Shown here in pieces: positions 1-8,704 of a stretch of 64,000 nucleotides of DNA (position 1 is its first letter; each line of letters begins with the position of its first letter). The stretch covers positions 17,547 through 81,546 of the forward strand of contig FR893558.1 in assembly GCA_000433675.1 (NCBI GenBank), given 5' to 3'. Under the pieces are notes generated by a model. That model searched no databases. It was given only the letters and a program-made list of their open reading frames with translations, and was not told the origin of the DNA. This stretch comes from Clostridium sp. CAG:433. Its GTDB lineage: Bacteria; Bacillota_I; Bacilli_A; RF39; UBA660. Both the position numbers and the translations under genes were made by a program.

Positions 1-315
1 AATTCATTTATTGTTAAAGCACATCCTACTTGGTTTAAAGAAGGTTTAGAAGAAGTATTTATTAGAAACTGCCTAGAAAAGATAATAACTATGAACAAGA
101 ATTTTGATTTAGAAAGATTTAATGATAGTATTTCTGCAATGATGGCATGTAAAGCATCTATTAAAGCAGGTGATCCAATCTCTATGGAAGAAATGAAGAC
201 TTTAATTGAAAGGTTAAAAAAGTGCGAGAATCCATTTAATTGCGCACATGGTAGACCAACAATAATACATTATCCAAAATATGAATTAGATAAATTATTT
301 AAAAGAGCGGTTTAA
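1..315 (+). CDS. mutL: DNA mismatch repair protein MutL, C-terminal ~100 codons (5' part upstream of window)
   Basis: Frame 1 open from base 1; tail ...FNCAHGRPTIIHYPKYELDKLFKRAV* matches the conserved MutL C-terminal endonuclease/dimerisation region (C-x-HGRP). Confidence 0.8.
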   Translation, partial: NSFIVKAHPTWFKEGLEEVFIRNCLEKIITMNKNFDLERFNDSISAMMACKASIKAGDPISMEEMKTLIERLKKCENPFNCAHGRPTIIHYPKYELDKLFKRAV

Positions 316-325
316 GGAGAAAAAA

Positions 326-946
326 ATATTAATATATGGTGATTCAAATACTTGGGGAGATAATTTTATATTAGGTAAAAGAATAGAAGATGAAAAACAG
401 TGGCCTAATATTCTTCAAAGAAAACTTGGAAGTGAATATAAAATTTTACAAGAAGGGTTACCTGGTAGGCTTGCAGGAAATGAAGAAACTTTAAAAACAT
501 ATAAGAATGGCAAGGAATCTTTTATATCAACTTTTAGGACCAATGCTCCTGTTGATACATTAATAATTTCTCTTGGAACAAATGATTTACAAATGAAATA
601 TAATAAAAGTTCAGAAAAAGTAATAGAGGATTTATTATGGTATAAAAAAACTATTTCTGATATGTATGAGGATATAGATGATAGAAAAAAGTATTTTAAT
701 AGTAAATTTCCAGATATTATTTATATTTTGCCAGCTAATTTTGATTATAAAGTAAATGCAAGTATAATTTTTGATGAAAACAGTGAAAATAAGAGGAAAG
801 AAATAATAGATTATTTTCAAAAAAATAATATTGAAAGCATATTTATAAATAATATTCCTTTATTTGATGATGGATTACATTATAATTTTGATGGACATAA
901 AATAATGAGTGAACTTGTATTTGAAGAGGTAAGTAACGATAAGTAA
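326..946 (+). CDS. SGNH/GDSL-family hydrolase (esterase/lipase-like); start codon unresolved
   Basis: Frame 2 open from 290; translation has ILIYGDSNTWGD (block I, GDSN catalytic Ser) and ISLGTNDL (block II). No ATG/GTG/TTG between in-frame TAG 287-289 and the GDSN block, only ATA/TTA codons after AAGGAG at 314-319. The tool ORF 593..946 is only the C-terminal part. Confidence 0.5.
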   Translation: MLIYGDSNTWGDNFILGKRIEDEKQWPNILQRKLGSEYKILQEGLPGRLAGNEETLKTYKNGKESFISTFRTNAPVDTLIISLGTNDLQMKYNKSSEKVIEDLLWYKKTISDMYEDIDDRKKYFNSKFPDIIYILPANFDYKVNASIIFDENSENKRKEIIDYFQKNNIESIFINNIPLFDDGLHYNFDGHKIMSELVFEEVSNDK

Positions 947-1034
947 ACTTGATGAATTAAGAGAGTTAAGAGAAAAATTAAACATAAGTGTAAATGGATT
1001 AGAGAATATTAAAGAAAATAAATCTGCAATTCTT

Positions 1035-1739
1035 GTGTCTAATCATAGTTGTTTAATGGATATATTTTATGTTCCATGTGTTATAGATAAAGATATTATT
1101 AGTTTGATAAGTTCAAGGTTGATGTATAAGAATGATACCTTAAGAAAAAATGTTGTAAATAAATATTTAAATGGTTTTCCAATAGAAGCACATGGTGGAA
1201 TAGTATACTCACAGATGTGTTTAGAATATTCGGCAAAGTTACTAAAGGATGGTCATATTCTTAGTATTTTTCCTGAAGGTGCCTATATTGAAGATGATGG
1301 GAATATTTATAAAGGTAGAACAGGAGCTGAAAGAATATTATTTTCTTCAATTGGTGATGAATTCAAACCAAGTATAATACCTGTCGCTATAAAAATAGAT
1401 GGAAAAATAGAAGAGTTAGATAACTATTTTCCTACAGATAATGAGGTAAAAATTAATATTTTAGAGCCTGTTAATTATGAAGAAATATATTATAATTATA
1501 TAAATACAGATAGTAGAAAAGAAAAAAATTTGTGCTTACATCAGGTAACTGAAACAGCAATGAGACGCATTGCAAACTCAATTGGAAAAAATTATATAGA
1601 TGAATATATAGAATTATTTCCTAAAAATAATGTTATATATCAAGATGGCGAAACAATAAAAACAGAACCAGCACAAAATGTTGAACATGTTTATAGATAT
1701 AAAAGAGAACTAGATAGTATTATTAAAAATTATTCATAA
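1035..1739 (+). CDS. PlsC/LPLAT-family acyltransferase domain protein; N-terminus unresolved (frame open from 933)
   Basis: HX4D motif VSNHSCLMD sits at the very first residues of the tool ORF (GTG 1035); FPEG block further on. No canonical start between TAA 930-932 and the motif. Confidence 0.5.
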   Translation: MSNHSCLMDIFYVPCVIDKDIISLISSRLMYKNDTLRKNVVNKYLNGFPIEAHGGIVYSQMCLEYSAKLLKDGHILSIFPEGAYIEDDGNIYKGRTGAERILFSSIGDEFKPSIIPVAIKIDGKIEELDNYFPTDNEVKINILEPVNYEEIYYNYINTDSRKEKNLCLHQVTETAMRRIANSIGKNYIDEYIELFPKNNVIYQDGETIKTEPAQNVEHVYRYKRELDSIIKNYS

Positions 1740-1793
1740 ATTCATTACTGAAATATGAAATAAATATATTGTTGAAAAAATTAAGGAGAAATT

Positions 1794-2306
1794 ATGGCGG
1801 GATTTGTAGTTCATTTAGCAGTCGTTGAAGAATATATTAGAAAACATGGTAATATTAAAAATCATAATGAATTTCTTTTGGGTGCAATTAAACCAGATTT
1901 GTATGAGGATAAAAAGGCATCACATTATGGTATTAAAACAAGTAAACCAAATTTAAAAAGGTATTTGGATGAGAATACATTGGATTCTGATTTGAATAAA
2001 GGATATTTATTACATTTAGTAACGGATTATTTATTTTATAATAATTATTTAGAATTCTTTTCTAACGATATTTATAATGATTATGATATAACAAATAAAG
2101 AACTAATAGATAAATATAATGTTACCATTTTAGATATAATTGAAGATAAAATTTTCTTTAAAGATGGCGATACAAAAGTAATGAGCATAGATTTGGCAAA
2201 GAAAGTAATAGATGAAGTTTCAGAATTAAATCTTGAAGAAATAATAAATGAAATAAATAATGATGATCCAAAATGGAAAACATTTAAGACATTAGAAAAA
2301 AGGTGA
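1794..2306 (+). CDS. hypothetical protein; weak likeness to metal-dependent (zinc phospholipase-C-like) hydrolase N-termini
   Basis: 170-aa ORF with AAGGAG RBS; N-terminus MAGFVVHLAVVEEYI with His/Asp-rich segments. Pattern-level guess only. Confidence 0.3.
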   Translation: MAGFVVHLAVVEEYIRKHGNIKNHNEFLLGAIKPDLYEDKKASHYGIKTSKPNLKRYLDENTLDSDLNKGYLLHLVTDYLFYNNYLEFFSNDIYNDYDITNKELIDKYNVTILDIIEDKIFFKDGDTKVMSIDLAKKVIDEVSELNLEEIINEINNDDPKWKTFKTLEKR

Positions 2307-2310
2307 AATT

Positions 2311-3189
2311 ATGATTATAGTAATAGCGGGACCAACGGGCGTAGGTAAAACAAAGTTAAGTATAGAACTTGCTAAAAAATATAATGCAGAAATAATTAAT
2401 GCAGATAGTGTGCAAGTATATAAAAAAATAGATATAGCGTCTGCAAAAGTAACAGAAGAAGAAAAAGAAGGTATTCCTCATCATTTATTTGATATAAAAG
2501 AATATGATGAAGATTATACAGTATATGATTATCAAATAGATGCTAGAAAGGTACTAGATAAATTACTAAAAGAAAATAAAAATGTAATTATTGTAGGTGG
2601 AACAGGACTTTATATCAAAGCATTATTATATGATTATAGATTTAATAAAGAAGAAGATAGTCATAAATATGATAATTTAACAAACTCTGAATTATTAGAT
2701 AAAATATATAAGATAAATCCGAATTCAATGGTAGACAAAAATAATAACAGAAGACTTATTCGTGAATTAATTAATTTAGAAAATAATGCAGAAAATAAAA
2801 CTGGTGATAATCTTTTATATGATAATGTTTATTTTATTGGTCTTACGGTCGATAGAAGCATTTTATATGATAGAATTAATAAAAGAGTAGATATAATGCT
2901 TAAAAATGGATTAGAAGATGAAGCTAAGTATTTTTATAATAAAAATAGAGATGCAAAAAGCTTAAGAACTGTTATAGGATATAAGGAATTATTTCTTTAC
3001 TTTGATAAAAAAATATCAAAAGAAGAAGCAGTTGACTTAATCAAAAAAAATAGTAGGCATTATGCCAAAAGACAATATACATGGTTTAATAATAAATTAA
3101 ATTTAAATTGGTTTAATGTAGATTTTAATAATTTTGATAATACTATAAATGATGTAGAAAATAAAATAAACGACTATTTTTTTAAATAG
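2311..3189 (+). CDS. miaA: tRNA dimethylallyltransferase
   Basis: MIIVIAGPTGVGKTKLSIELAKK P-loop; IINADSVQVYK..DI.SAK; length 292 aa; classical position after mutL. Confidence 0.85.
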   Translation: MIIVIAGPTGVGKTKLSIELAKKYNAEIINADSVQVYKKIDIASAKVTEEEKEGIPHHLFDIKEYDEDYTVYDYQIDARKVLDKLLKENKNVIIVGGTGLYIKALLYDYRFNKEEDSHKYDNLTNSELLDKIYKINPNSMVDKNNNRRLIRELINLENNAENKTGDNLLYDNVYFIGLTVDRSILYDRINKRVDIMLKNGLEDEAKYFYNKNRDAKSLRTVIGYKELFLYFDKKISKEEAVDLIKKNSRHYAKRQYTWFNNKLNLNWFNVDFNNFDNTINDVENKINDYFFK

Positions 3190-3195
3190 TCGTTT

Positions 3196-4128
3196 TTAAT
3201 ATAGAAAGTTATAAAATTCTTCATTAAAATTATGTTCACCATCATTTTTGTTTTTTAATTCATTTGTTGTTATTAAGAAATAATCATATATAACTACATC
3301 TTTACCAGTAGATACAATTGGATCATCCCAAGTTAAATCTATGTGATACCATTTATTATTTATGTTAACTACATTCCAAATATGATCACTTGTTGAAACT
3401 CTAGTATTATCTAAAGAAAGCATATTTAAGAATATTGCGAGTGTATCAGTATATCCACTACATATACTTTCACCTTCGAATAAAGTTCCAATTGCAGTAT
3501 CAGAATGATATATAGAATTTCCACCATCTTCTTTGTCTTTATCATATTTATTAGTTTCTGCTATATAATCATGAAATACTTTAATTTTGTCATTAACATC
3601 ATTATAAGAATTAATGTTTAGTTTTAAAGTTATTTCATTCATTTTATTTTTTATTTTCTCTATGTCTTCATTAGAATATTTTTTATTTATCTTGATATCT
3701 ATTCTTCCATTTGTACTATAATTTGTTTCAATTGTTTCAAATGTGTTAAAAGGGTGTACTAATTGGTTAATATAAGAAAACTTAGTTTTGCCTTTAGCAA
3801 GTTCTTCCATATCACTAATACATGTACTATAGCTTTTATCACAATAAAATGAAAAATTATCCCAACCATTGTTTAAGACAGTATAATATATATTTAACAA
3901 ATCTTGTTTTGATTTAGGGGAGAAGTCATTTGTTTCACTAACATATGAACTGAAATTTTTTTGTTTATATTCATTTGTTTCAAGTGCATTTAAATTAGTT
4001 ATAATTTTATAATCATTATTTAAAATAATTTTTTCTGCATAATCATGAACTCTATAATTTAAAAATTTAGCATCTACAATATTTAAACAGACTAGAAAAA
4101 AGATAATAGTAATAAGTTTCTTTTTCAT
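3196..4128 (-). CDS. secreted transglutaminase-like (Cys-His-Asp) domain protein
   Basis: N-terminal signal peptide MKKKLITIIFFLVCLNIVDA; C-terminal core GESICSGYTD...HIWNVV...WYHIDLTWDD typical of the transglutaminase-like cysteine peptidase fold. Confidence 0.5.
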   Translation of the reverse strand: MKKKLITIIFFLVCLNIVDAKFLNYRVHDYAEKIILNNDYKIITNLNALETNEYKQKNFSSYVSETNDFSPKSKQDLLNIYYTVLNNGWDNFSFYCDKSYSTCISDMEELAKGKTKFSYINQLVHPFNTFETIETNYSTNGRIDIKINKKYSNEDIEKIKNKMNEITLKLNINSYNDVNDKIKVFHDYIAETNKYDKDKEDGGNSIYHSDTAIGTLFEGESICSGYTDTLAIFLNMLSLDNTRVSTSDHIWNVVNINNKWYHIDLTWDDPIVSTGKDVVIYDYFLITTNELKNKNDGEHNFNEEFYNFLY

Positions 4129-4182
4129 GTAATCACCTAATATTATAATATCAGAAAATAAAAAAAATATCTATGAAAGATA

Positions 4183-4425
4183 TTAATTATTGTTATTTAA
4201 TTTTTTAGCTATACGAGATTTTTGTCTAGCTGCTTTATTTTTAGTAATAATTCCACTATTTAAAGCCTTGTCAATTTTTTTGTTTGCTTCTTTTAATGTT
4301 TCTTCACTTGGATTAACTAAAGCTTTCTTTATAGTTGTTTTCATAACAGATTTTACAGGTACATTATTAGCTCTTTTAGTTTCATTAACTTTAATTCTTT
4401 TTTTTGCACTCTTAATATTTGCCAT
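4183..4425 (-). CDS. rpsT: 30S ribosomal protein S20
   Basis: MANIKSAKKRIKVNETKRANN...KNKAARQKSRIAKK, 80 aa, basic; matches S20. Confidence 0.85.
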   Translation of the reverse strand: MANIKSAKKRIKVNETKRANNVPVKSVMKTTIKKALVNPSEETLKEANKKIDKALNSGIITKNKAARQKSRIAKKLNNNN

Positions 4426-4530
4426 TTTTTCACCTCCATGACCTTTAACTCACTTAATTTTATCAAATTTACAATAAAAAATCAATAATAATTGTGATTT
4501 TTGGTAAAAATAGTAAAGAGGTGATGAAAA
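4426..4530. promoter_or_regulatory. divergent promoter region rpsT(-)/gpr(+); forespore sigmaF/G-type -10-like element GGTAAAAATAG near 4506
   Basis: GGtaAaAATAg resembles sigmaF -10 (GGNNANAHTR) ~20 nt upstream of the gpr GTG start; -35 not convincing. Confidence 0.25.
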
Positions 4531-5559
4531 GTGAGTCATAATATTGATTTAAATGTTATGAATATGAGGACAGATTTAGCTATTGATGGAGTAAATAATG
4601 AAGAACTTGAAAAGTTAAAAGAAGAAAAAGAAAATGGAATAAAGGTATTTACAGTAGATGTAACAAAAGAAAATCAAGATAAGTTTAATAAAAAATGTGG
4701 CAAATATATAACAATAGCGTTTGATGATGTGACCGATTATAATAATTCTATAAATGTTGAAAAAGTTTTTACGAGTGAACTTAAAAAAATGATTGAAAGC
4801 AATAATATACCATCTAGTGCATCATGTATAATAATTGGTCTTGGAAATGAAAAAAGTACACCAGACTCACTAGGACCACTTTCTATTAATGATATAATAG
4901 TCACAAATCATTTGTTTTCTCTTGGAATAAATGTAGAAGATGGCTTTAGAGTAGTATCTGCATTTAATCCTGGTGTTATGGGACAAACAGGAATAGAAAC
5001 TAGTGATATTATATATGCACTTATAAAAGAAATAAAACCAGATTTTGTAATTGTGGTTGATGCACTAAAAGCATCCAATGTTGATAGAGTAAATAAAACA
5101 ATACAAATAACAGATGCTGGAATAAATCCTGGATCAGGAATTGGAAATACTAGAAAAGAAATTAGTAAGGATGTACTTAATATACCAGTATTTGCGGTTG
5201 GTGTTCCAACTGTAGTAGATACTGTAACAATAGTAAATGATACACTTAAATATTTAGAAAATTATATATGTTATATGAAAAATAATATGGATAATCCAAA
5301 AGAAAAATTAAAAATAGTAAGAACTAATATAGATAAAAATAATCTTGAAATTGATGAAAAAAATAATCTTTTTGGTTTAATTGGAACTTTAAAAGAAGAA
5401 GACTTTAAATCATTATTAATAGAGGCTATAAATCCAGTTGGATATAATATGATAGTTACACCAAAAGAAATAGATTTTGTTATTGATAGGCTCGCAAATG
5501 TAATATCAACTGGAATAAATAATGCACTTCATGACAAGGTTACACACTTAAAAGTGTAA
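4531..5559 (+). CDS. gpr: germination protease (spore SASP endopeptidase)
   Basis: GTG start with AGAGGTGA RBS; RTDLAIDG, CIIIGLGNEKSTPDSLGP, GVMGQTGIETSDII, INPGSGIGN blocks match Gpr. Confidence 0.85.
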   Translation: MSHNIDLNVMNMRTDLAIDGVNNEELEKLKEEKENGIKVFTVDVTKENQDKFNKKCGKYITIAFDDVTDYNNSINVEKVFTSELKKMIESNNIPSSASCIIIGLGNEKSTPDSLGPLSINDIIVTNHLFSLGINVEDGFRVVSAFNPGVMGQTGIETSDIIYALIKEIKPDFVIVVDALKASNVDRVNKTIQITDAGINPGSGIGNTRKEISKDVLNIPVFAVGVPTVVDTVTIVNDTLKYLENYICYMKNNMDNPKEKLKIVRTNIDKNNLEIDEKNNLFGLIGTLKEEDFKSLLIEAINPVGYNMIVTPKEIDFVIDRLANVISTGINNALHDKVTHLKV

Positions 5560-5632
5560 ACTTTTTAAATTATAATATATATCGACACTTTATTTAAAAT
5601 ACAGGGATTATTCTATTTATAGGGTGATTTCT

Positions 5633-6643
5633 ATGAAAAGGGCTAAATTAAAAAATCATAGTAAAAAAAAGAAGATTTTTCCTAAAAGAATATTTAAATT
5701 ATTAATTTTTATATTCGCAATATATCTGTCTTATTCATTTACATTTAATTTTTTATCAAAAAAAGACATAGATATAAAAGATAAGAAATATGTTGATTAT
5801 TTACTTAGTGCAGCATATAAAAAGGATAATAAAAAAATATTATTAGAGGAAAGTTTAAAAATGGTATCAAATATTGATTTAAAAGATCCTACGACACTTT
5901 TATCTAGTAATATAAAATCATCAAAAAGTGAAACAAAAAATAAATATACAAAAGATGCTGAAGCAAAAGAAGATGATTATAATGCATCTGTATATGAAAA
6001 GATAACATCATATGTTGAAAATCCATTAAAAGATAAAGAAAACCCTATTATATATTTATATAATACACATCAACTTGAAACATATTCTAATAGTGGATTT
6101 GAAAATTCTAATGTAAATCCAAATGTTCTTATGGCATCTTATTTACTTGCGGAAAGTCTAAATAAAAGTAATATAAATACTATTGTAGAAGATACTAATA
6201 TAAATGAATTTAATAGAGTATCCGGAATAAGTGATAATGATTTTTATAATACTACTAGAATATTTTTAAAAGAAAAAATAAATAAATATCAAAGTATTAA
6301 ATATTATATAGATATGCATAGAGATTCAGTTGATAAAAATATTTCAACATGTACAATAAATAATAAAAATTATGCAAGAGTTTTATTTGTATTAGGTACA
6401 AAAAATGAAAACTATTTAGAAAATAAGAAAAATATGACAGAATTAGATACATTAATGGATAAATATTATCCAGGATTATCTAGAGGTATTTATGAAAGAA
6501 AAGCGTATTATAACCAAGATTTAAATAAAAATATAATGTTAATTGAACTTGGTGCGAAAGAAAATACTATTGAAGAGGTAACAAATACAATTGATGCATT
6601 AACATTTATATTTAATAAATATATTAATGGTGATGATAAATGA
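5633..6643 (+). CDS. spoIIP: stage II sporulation protein P
   Basis: ATG 5633 preferred over GTG 5624 (RBS AGGGTGA 5 nt upstream). N-terminal TM; IYLYNTHQLETYS and C-terminal amidase-like region typical of SpoIIP; gpr-spoIIP adjacency as in Bacillus. Confidence 0.75.
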   Translation: MKRAKLKNHSKKKKIFPKRIFKLLIFIFAIYLSYSFTFNFLSKKDIDIKDKKYVDYLLSAAYKKDNKKILLEESLKMVSNIDLKDPTTLLSSNIKSSKSETKNKYTKDAEAKEDDYNASVYEKITSYVENPLKDKENPIIYLYNTHQLETYSNSGFENSNVNPNVLMASYLLAESLNKSNINTIVEDTNINEFNRVSGISDNDFYNTTRIFLKEKINKYQSIKYYIDMHRDSVDKNISTCTINNKNYARVLFVLGTKNENYLENKKNMTELDTLMDKYYPGLSRGIYERKAYYNQDLNKNIMLIELGAKENTIEEVTNTIDALTFIFNKYINGDDK

Positions 6644-6966
6644 AAATAAAACCTAAAAAAATCTTTAATACAATTATATTTGTTTTGTTTACGTTATATA
6701 TATCTTTTTATATAGCGTCTGTTTCTGGTTATTATGAATATGAGAAAAAAGAAGAAACAACTCTTACTAATGAAAAAATGAAAGAGTTTGAAAAAGATTT
6801 AAAGGAAGGGAAAAAAGTAGATATTAAGAAATATTTAACTGATAATACAAAAAAATATGATAATAAAGTAACAGATATAGGTAATACATTATCAGATATG
6901 ATTAATAATGGAATATCTGGTGGTCTTGAAAAAACGTTTAAAGTAGTAGAAAAATTAATTGAATAA
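6640..6966 (+). CDS. small membrane protein (YqxA-position)
   Basis: ATGA overlap with spoIIP stop; one N-terminal TM then a charged tail. Positional analogy to the gene following spoIIP in Bacillus. Confidence 0.35.
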   Translation: MKIKPKKIFNTIIFVLFTLYISFYIASVSGYYEYEKKEETTLTNEKMKEFEKDLKEGKKVDIKKYLTDNTKKYDNKVTDIGNTLSDMINNGISGGLEKTFKVVEKLIE

Positions 6967-7053
6967 TTTACATTATTTTACGATTAATACGATTATTTTA
7001 TTGAACACGCTTTTTTGATATGTTATTATGAAAAAGAAGATGGAGGTAAAAAT

Positions 7054-8628
7054 ATGGGAGATAAAAAAGGTTTAAGAAATATAATTTTAATTTTTATTGT
7101 AGTTTTGGTTGCCATTATAATTTCACTTATATTCCTTAGTAAGAAAAATAATAATATAATTCAAAATGAGAATAACAATGAAACTATATCAAATAAAAAT
7201 GCTTTTTGTATTTCTGATAATAATGGAAAATATGCTGTGTTTAATGCAGAAGGAAAACAAATAACAAAATTTGATTTTTCAAATGAATGTGATTTTTATA
7301 ATGGATCATCAGTTGTTAAAAATGATGATGGACAATATGGAATTATAAATACTAGTGGTAAATTTGTTGTAAAGTATGGTAAGTATTCTCATATATCACA
7401 AATTGAATCACTTTATAAAGCATCAAATGAAGGTGTAAATTATGTGTTAAATTCAAAAGGAAAAGAAGTTTTTAAAACAGATGATTATAAGTTTGATTTA
7501 GATGAATCATCAGATGATTCAAATATGTATAAAGCAATGTTAAGCAATGAAATTATATTATTTGACTATAATGGAAAAAAGCTAGATGAAATAAATAGCA
7601 ATTCAAAAACTTCGTATAATGACTTACGATGTAAAGATTTATTTTGTGAGATAGAAATTGATAATAAAACATATATATATAATTTAAAGGAAGGTAAAAG
7701 AATAATTACTTTAGATGGTGAAAATTATATTAATACACATAAAGGTGATATTTTAAGTGTTTATTTACAAAATAATAAATATAATGTATATAAAAACGAT
7801 AAGTTAATACTTGATGGTGTTGAAGCAAGTAATGGACTTGATATATTAGATGATGGATTTGCTGCTAGAAATAGCACGTATACATTATATGATAACGATG
7901 GTAACGTAGTAGATGATACAGTATTTTTCTACAAAGATACTAAAAATTATTTAAAAAAAGATGATTATACTAAGTCAACATATAGTTTTTATAAAGATGG
8001 TAAATTAAGTAAGAAAGATGATACATTAGTTTCACTATTTTCTAATAATGATATATCTTTACAAAATAATTATGACAATTCATTAATTATTATGAGTTCA
8101 AAAAAACAAATTCCTTGTTATGATAACTCAACTTGTTATGGATATAATTTTTACGATTTTTCAGGAAATGCTGTAAATAAAACATCTTATGCAAAAGTAA
8201 AAACTGGCTATTCTGATTATATGTTAGTTTCAGAGGATGGTAAAACAGAATACATAATAAATAAAAAGTTTGAAAAAGTAAGTGATGATTATGATTCAAT
8301 CACATCTATTATTACAAATGATAAGAAAATACATTTTTGGGAAGTATCTAAAGATGGCAAATATGCGATACTTGATGAAAATGGAAAGGTGTTAAAAGAA
8401 AATATTATAGAAAAAGTATTTGTATCATCATCAATACCTAGTGATATAATACAATTAAAATATGATGATAAGGTTGAGCTTTATAACATAAAAGAGAAAA
8501 AAGTTGTAGTAACGTTAGATAAGAATGTAACATTTAATTCATATAATGACTTATATATTAATGTAACAGAAAATGGTGTTAATAATTTTTATTCGTACAT
8601 TAATGGTAAAAAATTCTATAGTAAATAG
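7054..8628 (+). CDS. membrane-anchored protein with WG/YG-type beta repeats
   Basis: ATG 7054 behind GGAGGT RBS. TM helix IILIFIVVLVAIIISLIFL; recurring DG.YG.IN.SGK.V...Y repeats resembling WG-containing (KWG) repeats. Confidence 0.4.
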   Translation: MGDKKGLRNIILIFIVVLVAIIISLIFLSKKNNNIIQNENNNETISNKNAFCISDNNGKYAVFNAEGKQITKFDFSNECDFYNGSSVVKNDDGQYGIINTSGKFVVKYGKYSHISQIESLYKASNEGVNYVLNSKGKEVFKTDDYKFDLDESSDDSNMYKAMLSNEIILFDYNGKKLDEINSNSKTSYNDLRCKDLFCEIEIDNKTYIYNLKEGKRIITLDGENYINTHKGDILSVYLQNNKYNVYKNDKLILDGVEASNGLDILDDGFAARNSTYTLYDNDGNVVDDTVFFYKDTKNYLKKDDYTKSTYSFYKDGKLSKKDDTLVSLFSNNDISLQNNYDNSLIIMSSKKQIPCYDNSTCYGYNFYDFSGNAVNKTSYAKVKTGYSDYMLVSEDGKTEYIINKKFEKVSDDYDSITSIITNDKKIHFWEVSKDGKYAILDENGKVLKENIIEKVFVSSSIPSDIIQLKYDDKVELYNIKEKKVVVTLDKNVTFNSYNDLYINVTENGVNNFYSYINGKKFYSK

Positions 8629-8634
8629 TATTGT

Positions 8635-8678
8635 AAACTAACAAGTAAATGAAAACTTGTTAGTTTCTTTTATTTATT
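8635..8678 (+). terminator. rho-independent terminator
   Basis: AAACTAACAAGT-aaatgaaa-ACTTGTTAGTTT followed by CTTTTATTTATT. Confidence 0.6.
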
Positions 8679-8704
8679 GTATAATTATTTTTAGGTGAAG
8701 AAAT

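Noticed and set aside
4190-4441. 83-aa plus-strand ORF opposite rpsT
   Set aside because: Antisense to a convincing S20 gene; hydrophobic low-complexity translation.
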